From Bacteroidia bacterium (GTDB lineage: Bacteria > Bacteroidota > Bacteroidia > AKYH767-A > OLB10), in NCBI GenBank assembly GCA_044448905.1, contig JBIOHJ010000002.1, forward strand, positions 1-55,324: 55,324 nucleotides of DNA. The letters are read 5' to 3'. The translations under genes were made by a program, and so were the position numbers. Under the pieces are notes generated by a model that saw only the letters and a program-made list of their open reading frames with translations, searched no databases and was not told the origin of the DNA. Of this stretch, positions 1 through 8,173 are shown in pieces (within the stretch, counting starts at the first letter, position 1; every line of letters starts with the position of its first letter).

Positions 1-225
1 AAATATGCACGACAATATAACTACCCGGTTGTTTATGGCCGTATTAATAAAATAAAGCGTGGCTTTTATGAATTTGAATTTCTTCCAGTGGCTGAAAGTC
101 CGAAGCAAACCACCCAGAGTGAAATAACCGAAACAGTTACCCGGCTTTTGGAAAAGGACATTATTGCCGCTCCCCAATACTGGCTTTGGACACATCGCAG
201 GTGGAAGCATAAACGGATAACCTGA
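1..225 (+). CDS. LpxL/HtrB-type lipid A biosynthesis acyltransferase, C-terminal fragment (5' end outside window)
   Basis: Frame 1 is open from base 1 to TGA 223-225 (absent from the ORF track). My translation ends ...LEKDIIAAPQYWLWTHRRWKHKRIT*, the conserved WLWxHRRWK tail of lysophospholipid/lauroyl acyltransferases. Confidence 0.55.
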   Translation, partial: KYARQYNYPVVYGRINKIKRGFYEFEFLPVAESPKQTTQSEITETVTRLLEKDIIAAPQYWLWTHRRWKHKRIT

Positions 226-395
226 AAAGCCAAGGATGTTTTTCTTATCACATTAATTGGTGATAAAAATATTTTTTTAAAAAAGAAACTTTTTGGGGGT
301 TGAGTGTTTCTTATCCATAATGGGTACCTTATATTCAATCGCACGCAAAATAATACTTACGAATTAAAACCATCTGTTTATTATTCCTGTTTTAT

Positions 396-430
396 CCCGG
401 AAGAAAAAGTTTGTTCTTTCGGGATTTTTT
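396..430 (+). terminator. hairpin plus T-run (candidate intrinsic terminator after the acyltransferase gene)
   Basis: CCCGGAAG (396-403) pairs with CTTTCGGG (416-423) at 7/8, followed by T6 (425-430). Confidence 0.3.
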
Positions 431-437
431 ACTTTTG
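430..437 (+). promoter_or_regulatory. Bacteroidota -7 promoter box TACTTTTG
   Basis: Exact match to TAnnTTTG. Only 4 nt separate it from ATG 442, implying a leaderless or near-leaderless mRNA. Confidence 0.35.
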
Positions 438-441
438 GAAA

Positions 442-786
442 ATGAAAAATAATTATTACCTTTTCCTCCTTTTTATGTTATTTGTCAGTTGTACTTATCG
501 CAAGAAGGAAATTGTTATTGAAGAATGCCCCGTTAAAATAACATATGAAAATAGTGTAAAAGCTATTATTGATTTGCATTGTGCTATCAGCGGATGCCAC
601 GTGAGCGGTTTTGTTATTGGAGATTACACAACTTATGCGGGGATAAAAGCAAAAGTTGATAATGGAACATTTCGATTCAGAATTTTTGAAACAGGAAGCA
701 TGCCGCCAGCCCCACAGCCTCCTTTAAGTGAAGAAGAGCTTACAACTTTAAAATGCTGGCTTGACCAGGGAGCTAACGAAAATTAA
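442..786 (+). CDS. small lipoprotein with cytochrome-c-like (CX4CH) domain
   Basis: ATG 442 gives MKNNYYLFLLFMLFVSC (signal peptide plus lipobox Cys), so the track start at 304 is probably too far upstream. It contains HCAISGCH and a C-terminal MPPxxxPPLSEEELTTLKCWLDQGA motif, like planctomycete-type cytochrome c domains. Confidence 0.6.
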   Translation: MKNNYYLFLLFMLFVSCTYRKKEIVIEECPVKITYENSVKAIIDLHCAISGCHVSGFVIGDYTTYAGIKAKVDNGTFRFRIFETGSMPPAPQPPLSEEELTTLKCWLDQGANEN

Positions 787-2471
787 TTTTTGCATCCCAG
801 CCACCTGCTTAAAAATTCGTTTTCGTTCGCGTTGAGTTGTTGTTTTAAAGTGAGCTTGCAATTATTAAAATAAGTTTTACCATCCGCTTTTAAATTCAAT
901 GTCCTGATTTTCTTTAATGTTAAAACATCAAATGAAATTTCATCATCCGCAAAAATTTCTTTTTCGGTACCGTTCGCTAAAACTATTTCATCATCACGCA
1001 TCATTCCTGCTTTTTCAGCCGGTGAGCCGGGAATTACCGAAACCACTTTATTTCCTTCTTTCATCCTGAATCCAAAACTGCACTCATGTTTTATAGTGGA
1101 AGGAGATTTAATTATTTCGATCCCGGCAATGTTAAGTAATTCTTCAAGCAATAAATCATACGATACAGCCTTATAAACATAGTTGCTGAAAAAAGATTTT
1201 AAAGAAATATTAGCCGTAGATTCACAGATTGTGACAATATCAGTTTCTGAATAACCTTTTTTCTTTTTTCCAAAATCGTTATAAAGAATCCGCATTACAT
1301 CATCAAGCGATTTCGCTGAGGCGGTTGCTTTACGGATTTGAAAATCGAGCATCAGTGCAATTAAACTGCCCTCATCATAAATAGAAGTTTTGCGATTGGG
1401 AACCCCCGGAACATATCCATCAAGCCATGTATCAAAAGAAGATTGCGCAAGTGAATAATTAAACCTGCCATGGTTATCCATGTGTTTTTGCAGGCGCATC
1501 GAAACTTCATTGAGGTATTGTTCAACGTTAAAAAATCCTGTACGTGCTAAAAACAAATCGCCATAGTATGTGGTGAATCCCTCGTACACATAACCCAGAT
1601 GTGAATAATTTTCTTTTGCATAATCATATGGCAACATTTCAACCGGGCGAATTGTTTTTACATTCCATACATGAAATAGTTCGTGCGAAGCAACACCAAC
1701 TAATTCATTATACTGTTCGGTCATTAGCTCCTCACCCGGTCCTATGGCAATCACTGTTGAATTTAAATGTTCTACCCCATGATAAAATTTATAAGGCAAG
1801 ACCTGGATTAGAAAATGATACTCATTTGATGGAATATCGCCCATTGTTTTAATCTGAAATTCTGCGAATGCTTTAAAATCTTTTTCAATGCGTTCAAAAA
1901 CAGGAATACAAGCGCCTTGTATCCAGATGTGAAATGTTTTATCACAAGCAATGAATTGATGATGCTTTAGAGAAGGCGAAGCGATGAATGGTGAATCAAC
2001 CAACTCATCGAAATCACCTGTAGAGAACATATTTTTTTTAATCTCACGTAAACTTCCGGCAACCTTCCAATCGGAAGGGATTTTTAATTCTACTTCGCAT
2101 GGTTCATTTTTTCTTCCCTCAACATACATGCAGCAGTGAACAGGATTTACATAGAGTTGTGATTCATCAAGCCAGCATCCGCCAGCATCCGGCCGCGATG
2201 CGTAATAATTATAGCGGATAATTATTTCTGAGCTTCCTTTTGTTTCAACTTCCCATTTATCTTTTGTAATTTTCTTAAATGGCAATTCGTTTCCGGCTTT
2301 ATCAAAAGCATTCCAGCGTTGAATATTTTTTGCGAAATTTCCTAATTCATAGCGGCCGGGCCTCCATGATGGAAGTTGAAGATAAATTTTATCGTCCGAT
2401 ACATTTTCCACACGCATTTCAATTTCAATGTATTTTGAAAATGCCTGGGGAATTGAAAATATGTATCGCAT
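783..2471 (-). CDS. M61 family glycyl aminopeptidase with C-terminal PDZ domain
   Basis: 562-aa ORF with the zinc motif HELFHVWN, and a PDZ-like GSPAEKAGMMRDDEIVLANG near the C-terminus. Confidence 0.85.
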   Translation of the reverse strand: MRYIFSIPQAFSKYIEIEMRVENVSDDKIYLQLPSWRPGRYELGNFAKNIQRWNAFDKAGNELPFKKITKDKWEVETKGSSEIIIRYNYYASRPDAGGCWLDESQLYVNPVHCCMYVEGRKNEPCEVELKIPSDWKVAGSLREIKKNMFSTGDFDELVDSPFIASPSLKHHQFIACDKTFHIWIQGACIPVFERIEKDFKAFAEFQIKTMGDIPSNEYHFLIQVLPYKFYHGVEHLNSTVIAIGPGEELMTEQYNELVGVASHELFHVWNVKTIRPVEMLPYDYAKENYSHLGYVYEGFTTYYGDLFLARTGFFNVEQYLNEVSMRLQKHMDNHGRFNYSLAQSSFDTWLDGYVPGVPNRKTSIYDEGSLIALMLDFQIRKATASAKSLDDVMRILYNDFGKKKKGYSETDIVTICESTANISLKSFFSNYVYKAVSYDLLLEELLNIAGIEIIKSPSTIKHECSFGFRMKEGNKVVSVIPGSPAEKAGMMRDDEIVLANGTEKEIFADDEISFDVLTLKKIRTLNLKADGKTYFNNCKLTLKQQLNANENEFLSRWLGCKN

Positions 2472-2474
2472 TTG

Positions 2475-2501
2475 ACTTTAAACTTTAAACCTTAAACTTT
2501 C
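2475..2501. repeat. heptanucleotide array ACTTTAA x4 (degenerate)
   Basis: actttaa|actttaa|accttaa|actttc begins 4 nt from the M61 start codon (2469-2471, minus strand). In gene orientation it reads AGTTTAA units upstream of the ATG. Confidence 0.8.
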
Positions 2502-2539
2502 TATTTATCTTCGCACAGCAAAAATAAAAATATAGTGAT

Positions 2540-3928
2540 ATGAATTACGATGTTATTGTGATTGGCAGCGGACCGGGCGGATATGTTGCAGCAATTCGCG
2601 CATCACAACTTGGAATGAAAACAGCAATTGTTGAAAAGGCTGAGCTCGGTGGGGTCTGCCTTAACTGGGGATGCATACCTACAAAAGCGTTATTGAAGAG
2701 TGCACAGGTGTATGAATATTTGTTACACGCTCAGGATTACGGATTGAAAGCAAGCGGAGTGGACAAGGATTTTACAGCAATTGTAAAACGCTCTCGTGGA
2801 GCGGCAGATAAAATGAGCAAAGGAGTTCAATTCCTGATGAAGAAAAATAAAATTGATGTGATTACCGGAACCGGGAAAATAAAGCCAGGAAAAAAGGTTT
2901 CTGTAAACGGTACCGACAACAAGGAAACCATTTATGAAGCCAAACACATTATCCTTGCTACCGGAGCCCGCTCACGCGAATTGCCAAGCTTAAAACAAGA
3001 TGGAAAAAAAATTATCGGCTACCGCGAAGCGATGATTTTGGAAAAACAACCAGCCAGTATGGTTATAGTTGGCTCTGGTGCCATCGGAAGTGAATTTGCA
3101 TATTTTTATAATGCATTGGGAACAAAAGTTACTCTTGTTGAGTTTTTGCCAAACATTGTTCCGGTTGAAGACGAAGAAGTTTCAAAAGCTTTAGAACGGT
3201 CTTTCAAAAAGCAAGGCATTGCAGTAATGACTTCTTCGGAAGTATTAAGTGTTGATGCTTCAGGAGCAAATTGCAAAGTGAAAATTAAAACTCCGAAGGC
3301 AGAAGAAAATATTGAAGCTGAAATTGTATTGAGTGCAGTAGGAATTACAGCTAACCTTGAAAATATTGGGTTGGAGGAAACAGGAATCGCGACCGATAAA
3401 GGAAAAATTTTAGTGAATGATTTTTATCAAACGAACATGCCGGGTTATTATGCAATTGGTGATATTGTTCGGGGTCCTGCACTGGCACATGTCGCTTCTC
3501 ATGAAGCGATTACCTGCGTTGAAAAAATTGCAGGCTTGCATGTTGAGCCGATTGACTACAATAATATTCCCGGGTGTACCTATTGCCAACCTGAAATAGC
3601 TTCAGTAGGAATGACAGAAAAAGCCGCAAAAGAAAAAGGCATTGAAATAAAAGTAGGGAAATTTCCATTCAGTGCTTCGGGTAAAGCAAGTGCTGCAGGC
3701 AATAATGAGGGATTTGTAAAAGTAATTTTCGATGCAAAGTATGGTGAGTGGCTGGGCGCCCATATGATTGGCGCAAATGTAACTGAGATGATAGCCGAAG
3801 TGGTGGCTGCTCGTAAACTTGAAACTACAGGGCACGAAATAATTAAAACTATTCATCCTCATCCAACCATGAGCGAAGCAATTATGGAAGCTGTTGCCGA
3901 AGCATACGGTGAGGTTATTCATATTTAG
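2540..3928 (+). CDS. lpdA: dihydrolipoyl dehydrogenase
   Basis: 462 aa with FAD motif GSGPGGY, redox disulfide GGVCLNWGCIPTK and C-terminal HPHPTMSE. Confidence 0.95.
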   Translation: MNYDVIVIGSGPGGYVAAIRASQLGMKTAIVEKAELGGVCLNWGCIPTKALLKSAQVYEYLLHAQDYGLKASGVDKDFTAIVKRSRGAADKMSKGVQFLMKKNKIDVITGTGKIKPGKKVSVNGTDNKETIYEAKHIILATGARSRELPSLKQDGKKIIGYREAMILEKQPASMVIVGSGAIGSEFAYFYNALGTKVTLVEFLPNIVPVEDEEVSKALERSFKKQGIAVMTSSEVLSVDASGANCKVKIKTPKAEENIEAEIVLSAVGITANLENIGLEETGIATDKGKILVNDFYQTNMPGYYAIGDIVRGPALAHVASHEAITCVEKIAGLHVEPIDYNNIPGCTYCQPEIASVGMTEKAAKEKGIEIKVGKFPFSASGKASAAGNNEGFVKVIFDAKYGEWLGAHMIGANVTEMIAEVVAARKLETTGHEIIKTIHPHPTMSEAIMEAVAEAYGEVIHI

Positions 3929-3970
3929 TGTTTAGTTATGAGTGTTTAGTTATGAGTGTTTAGTTATGAG
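3929..3970. repeat. 14-bp tandem repeat x3 (TGTTTAGTTATGAG, i.e. two 7-mers)
   Basis: Three perfect copies start 1 nt after the lpdA stop TAG (3926-3928). This is the left arm of an inverted repeat with 4093-4115. Confidence 0.9.
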
Positions 3971-3979
3971 ATTTTCCAG

Positions 3980-4051
3980 ATGGATGAACATTTTCGCTTT
4001 GAAGAATTAAAGGTTTATCAAAAATCTTTGGAATTTATTGATCGAGGTTAA
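3980..4051 (+). pseudogene. relic (N-terminal 23 codons) of a four-helix-bundle / 23S rRNA intervening-sequence protein gene
   Basis: ATG 3980 translates to MDEHFRFEELKVYQKSLEFIDRG*. It matches the conserved N-terminus (F.eLkVwQKs.ef) of TIGR02436/PF05635 proteins, which normally have more than 110 aa. Confidence 0.55.
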
Positions 4052-4092
4052 ACCTCTGAACAATAAACTATAGTTATTTTTTTTAAATACTA

Positions 4093-4115
4093 CACACTCA
4101 CAACTAAACACTAAA
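4093..4115. repeat. right inverted arm of the lpdA/asnB junction hairpin
   Basis: The reverse complement tttagtgtttagttgtgagtgtg matches 3924-3946 (tttagtgtttagttatgagtgtt) at 21/23. It ends directly at ATG 4116. Confidence 0.85.
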
Positions 4116-6053
4116 ATGTGCGGAATTGTTGGTATAGTTTCAAAATCAGAAAAAGGAAATATTTTCCTTGATAAAATTTCCGTAGCAACTGATTGCCTTG
4201 CAAAACGAGGTCCTGATAACTCAGGAATTTTTAAGCATAACAACCTTGCGTTAGGCCATCGGAGGCTTTCTATTATAGATGTCTCGAGTGCAGGAGCACA
4301 GCCGATGAGTGACCCTTCGGGGAGGTTTACTATTATTTTTAATGGTGAATTTTTCAATTTCAGAGAACACCGAAGTTTTCTTTTATCAAAGGGTATTAAC
4401 TTAGTTTCGGAAAGCGATACTGAAGTTTTATTGCACCTTTTTATTCTGGAAAAAGAAAAATGTCTCGAAAGACTTAATGGGTTTTTTGCAATGGCTGTTT
4501 ATGATAAGCAGGAAGAGGTGTTATTTCTTGCCCGCGATCGTTTTGGAGTTAAGCCGTTATTAATTTATGAAGATGAAAATGCATTTATGTTTTCTTCTGA
4601 GATGAAAGCGCTGCTTGAGCTTGGAATTAAAAAAGAGCTGGATGAAGCTTCCCTCCTCTCCTACTTTCAGTTGAATTATATTCCACAGCCATATTCTATT
4701 TTTAAAAAAGTAAGAAAGCTCAAACCAGGCTCGTACCTGAAATTTTCAGCAAGACATAAAAAAATAATTGAAGAAAAGTTATTCTATCAAATTCCCTATT
4801 CTGAGAACATTTCAAATATTATTTCCTATGATGATGCAAAAGATAAATTGTATCAGTTAATGGATGCCGCTGTTCAGCGCAGACTGATAAGCGATGTGCC
4901 GCTGGGTTCATTTTTAAGCGGTGGAATTGATTCATCTGTAATTTCCGCTTTAGCAGCACAGCATACTACACACCTTAAAACATTTTCAATTGGTTTTCGT
5001 GATGAACCTATGTTTGATGAAACAAGATATGCGCAGCTGGTTGCAAAAAAGCATAACACAGAACACACTGTTTTCAGTTTAACAAATGATGATTTATTCG
5101 AAGTACTTCATGATGTACTTAATTATATTGACGAACCGTTTGCAGATTCCTCAGCGTTGAATGTTTTTATTTTAAGCAAACAGACACGTAAACATGTAAC
5201 GGTTGCTTTGAGCGGTGATGGCGCTGATGAATTGTTTGGAGGTTATAATAAACACCGTGCTGAATGGATGATTCGTAACGATGTATTTTTTACATCTTCA
5301 ATGAAAATTCTTTCACCTTTATTAAATTTTTTCTCCGGTTCGCGCAATTCAAAATATGGAAACAAGCTAAGACAAATTCACCGTTTCGCAGATGGAACAA
5401 AGTTTTCTTCTGCTGAAAGATATTGGAGATGGTGTGGGTTTGTTGATGAGCGTGCGGCTGAGTATATATTTTTAAACGCGGAGACGCAATGGCGTAAAGA
5501 ATACAAGGAAAGAAAAGATAAAGTAATAAAACACATTATCGGAAATAAGGATTTAAATGATGTACTGCTCGCTGATATGAATTTAGTCTTGCAGGGCGAC
5601 ATGTTAACCAAAGTTGATATGATGAGTATGGCCAACAGCCTGGAAGTTCGTACACCGTTTCTTGATTACGAGGTAGTAAATTTTGCATTTTCACTCCCCT
5701 CCTCTTATAAGATTGACAAAAGTGTTCAGAAAAAAATTGTAAAAGAAACATTCAGGCATTTACTGCCTGATGAAATATTTAATCGCAGCAAACAAGGATT
5801 TGAAGTTCCTTTATTAAAATGGTTTCGCACCGAATTAAAATCAATGATTACTGATGATTTACTGAATGATGATTTTATCCGCCAGCAAAATTTATTTAAT
5901 GTTGAAGAAATTAAAAAATTAAAACAGCAGCTCTTCTCCAATAACCCGGGTGAAATAAGTGCGCGCATTTGGGGACTGATTGTTTTTCAATACTGGTGGA
6001 AAAGGAATATGATTTATTCCGATAATTATCGGGATGAAAATGTGTTAATTTGA
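4116..6053 (+). CDS. asnB: asparagine synthase (glutamine-hydrolysing) family amidotransferase
   Basis: 645 aa with N-terminal MCGIVG (Ntn Cys2) and PP-loop SGGIDSS. It sits next to polysaccharide genes. Confidence 0.9.
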   Translation: MCGIVGIVSKSEKGNIFLDKISVATDCLAKRGPDNSGIFKHNNLALGHRRLSIIDVSSAGAQPMSDPSGRFTIIFNGEFFNFREHRSFLLSKGINLVSESDTEVLLHLFILEKEKCLERLNGFFAMAVYDKQEEVLFLARDRFGVKPLLIYEDENAFMFSSEMKALLELGIKKELDEASLLSYFQLNYIPQPYSIFKKVRKLKPGSYLKFSARHKKIIEEKLFYQIPYSENISNIISYDDAKDKLYQLMDAAVQRRLISDVPLGSFLSGGIDSSVISALAAQHTTHLKTFSIGFRDEPMFDETRYAQLVAKKHNTEHTVFSLTNDDLFEVLHDVLNYIDEPFADSSALNVFILSKQTRKHVTVALSGDGADELFGGYNKHRAEWMIRNDVFFTSSMKILSPLLNFFSGSRNSKYGNKLRQIHRFADGTKFSSAERYWRWCGFVDERAAEYIFLNAETQWRKEYKERKDKVIKHIIGNKDLNDVLLADMNLVLQGDMLTKVDMMSMANSLEVRTPFLDYEVVNFAFSLPSSYKIDKSVQKKIVKETFRHLLPDEIFNRSKQGFEVPLLKWFRTELKSMITDDLLNDDFIRQQNLFNVEEIKKLKQQLFSNNPGEISARIWGLIVFQYWWKRNMIYSDNYRDENVLI

Positions 6054-6124
6054 AAATTATGCATTTAGTTTGCTTTAGAAACTTTTTCATTTCATTCTTA
6101 AATTAATTTACTCTCAAACTATTT

Positions 6125-7312
6125 ATGCCACGTGTTCTAAGGATTATAAACCGATTAAATTTAGGTGGCATTACTTACAATGTATCATATCTTACAAAAT
6201 ATCTGGCACCTGAATTTGAAACCATCCTGGTTTCGGGAATCAAGGAAGATGCTGAGGAAAGTTCAGAGTATATAGTTGAGCAAATGGGAATAAAACCGGT
6301 TTACATTCCTGAAATGCGAAGGGAAATAACATGGAAAAACGATCGGATTGCCTATCAGAAAATCAAAAAATTAATAAAAGAATTTAAACCCGATATAGTT
6401 CATACCCATGCTGCAAAAGCGGGAACGCTCGGAAGGCTTGCTGCTGCCTCGTGCAACGTGAAAATAATATTACATACTTTTCATGGTCATATTTTTCACT
6501 CTTATTTCTCACCGCTGAAAACAAAATTATTTGTCGCAATTGAAAAATATCTTGCTGCTAAAAGTACCCGGATTATAGCAATAAGCGAAAGCCAGAAAAA
6601 GGAATTGTGCGATGAATTCAGAGTTTGCAGAAGTGAAAAGTGCAAAGTAATTCCGCTTGGATTTGACCTGGGACGTTTTACCGAAAACCAACCTGAAAAA
6701 AGAAAGTCATTTCGTGAAGAGTTTAAAATTTCAGACGATGAACTGGCTATTGGGATTATCGGGAGAATCACTCCAATAAAGAATCATGAATTATTTATTA
6801 AAGCATTTTCTAATGCAAAGCAGCTCGCATCAAAAAAAATTAAAGCGATAATTATCGGGGATGGTGAAGATTTGAAAAAGATACAGGTTATTTGCGACAC
6901 ACTTGGATTAAATTATTCCGATAAGGAATCTGTCTCATTTCAAACTGATGTTATTTTTACTTCGTGGATAAAAAATGTGGATTGGGCAATTGCCGGGTTG
7001 GATATAGTTGCAATGACTTCACTGAATGAAGGAACTCCTGTGAGCTTAATTGAAGCGCAGGCAGCATCTAAACCGGTAATAAGTACTAATGTGGGTGGTA
7101 TAATAAATGTTGTAAAAGAAAATGAAACGGGTTTGCTATCTCCATCGGGTGATAGTATTGCTTTTGCACAAAACATATCAAGGCTTGTAAATGATGATGA
7201 TTTGCGCGAAAAAATTTCGCGAGCCGGAGCAGTGAATGTGATAAATAAATTTAATTATACGAGGCTTGTGGAGGAAATGCGAAATCTATACAATGAATTA
7301 TTGAGTATGTGA
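6125..7312 (+). CDS. glycosyltransferase family 4 (GT-B)
   Basis: 395 aa with GGI..NV near the N-terminus and a C-terminal EGTPVSLIEAQAASKPVIST motif (E-x7-E type). Confidence 0.85.
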   Translation: MPRVLRIINRLNLGGITYNVSYLTKYLAPEFETILVSGIKEDAEESSEYIVEQMGIKPVYIPEMRREITWKNDRIAYQKIKKLIKEFKPDIVHTHAAKAGTLGRLAAASCNVKIILHTFHGHIFHSYFSPLKTKLFVAIEKYLAAKSTRIIAISESQKKELCDEFRVCRSEKCKVIPLGFDLGRFTENQPEKRKSFREEFKISDDELAIGIIGRITPIKNHELFIKAFSNAKQLASKKIKAIIIGDGEDLKKIQVICDTLGLNYSDKESVSFQTDVIFTSWIKNVDWAIAGLDIVAMTSLNEGTPVSLIEAQAASKPVISTNVGGIINVVKENETGLLSPSGDSIAFAQNISRLVNDDDLREKISRAGAVNVINKFNYTRLVEEMRNLYNELLSM

Positions 7313-7369
7313 TTCATACAAAATTCAAACCGGAATACGTTTAGAAGTAAGCCGCTATCTAAATTTATT

Positions 7370-7377
7370 TATTTTTG
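7370..7377 (+). promoter_or_regulatory. -7 promoter box TATTTTTG
   Basis: Matches TAnnTTTG, 16 nt upstream of ATG 7394. Confidence 0.3.
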
Positions 7378-7393
7378 TTCAAAATTTAATTCT

Positions 7394-8164
7394 ATGCGAA
7401 AACTAATATTGCTATTAAGTCTTTTATTCCTTGTGAGTTGCCGTTCCATGAATCCAAGTGTGATGTTTAAAGCGAATGCCGATTATCCTTATAAAATTGA
7501 ACAAACTATTGGCAACGTAGAATATAAAATTGCCCCCAATGATATAATCGGCTTAAGCGTTTATACCAATGATGGCTTTAAACTTATTGACCTTACCGCC
7601 AGTACTGCTTCAGTAACAAATTTTGGAACAGGCGGTTTTAGCGGCACAAATGTCCAGTACGTTATTGATATAGAAGGTTTTGTTAAGCTGCCGATCATAG
7701 GAAGAGTAAAACTTAAAGATTTCACCATCAGAGATGCTGAAAAGTTATTGGAAACACAATTTGCCGTTTACTATAATAAACCTTTTGTAATGTTAAGTGT
7801 GCTAAACCGCAGAGTAATGGTTTTTACAGGAACCGGAGGTACAGGAACTGTTGTGACACTTACAAACGAAAATACAACGTTAATTGAAGCGCTTGCTTTG
7901 GCTGGCGGTATTACAGAAACAGGAAAAGCGTATAAGATAAAACTTATCAGGGGTGATTCACGCAACCCGCAGTTACAACTCGTAGACTTATCCACCATAG
8001 AAGGAATGCAACAATCTAATATGCTTCTTCAGGCCAATGATATTATTTATGTGGAACCGGTTCCCAGAATTTCCAACGCAGTACTTGCTCAGATTGTTCC
8101 GATTGTAGGCATTTTAACCAGCGTGCTTCTTATGTATGATATCATAATAAACAGAAGCAAATAA
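7394..8164 (+). CDS. Wza-like polysaccharide export lipoprotein
   Basis: 256 aa with signal LLSLLFLVSC and Poly_export/SLBB-like segments (IAPNDIIGLSVY, LIEALALAGGITETG). Confidence 0.8.
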   Translation: MRKLILLLSLLFLVSCRSMNPSVMFKANADYPYKIEQTIGNVEYKIAPNDIIGLSVYTNDGFKLIDLTASTASVTNFGTGGFSGTNVQYVIDIEGFVKLPIIGRVKLKDFTIRDAEKLLETQFAVYYNKPFVMLSVLNRRVMVFTGTGGTGTVVTLTNENTTLIEALALAGGITETGKAYKIKLIRGDSRNPQLQLVDLSTIEGMQQSNMLLQANDIIYVEPVPRISNAVLAQIVPIVGILTSVLLMYDIIINRSK

Positions 8165-8173
8165 AAATCATTA

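Noticed and set aside
304-441. Longer 160-aa version of the cytochrome-like lipoprotein ORF
   Set aside because: The extension lacks a signal peptide and spans a hairpin plus T-run and a TAnnTTTG box. ATG 442 gives a canonical lipoprotein signal.
4007-4357. 116-aa minus-strand ORF
   Set aside because: It is antisense to the N-terminus of the clearly genuine asparagine synthase (MCGIVG...) and runs into the junction hairpin. No family resemblance.
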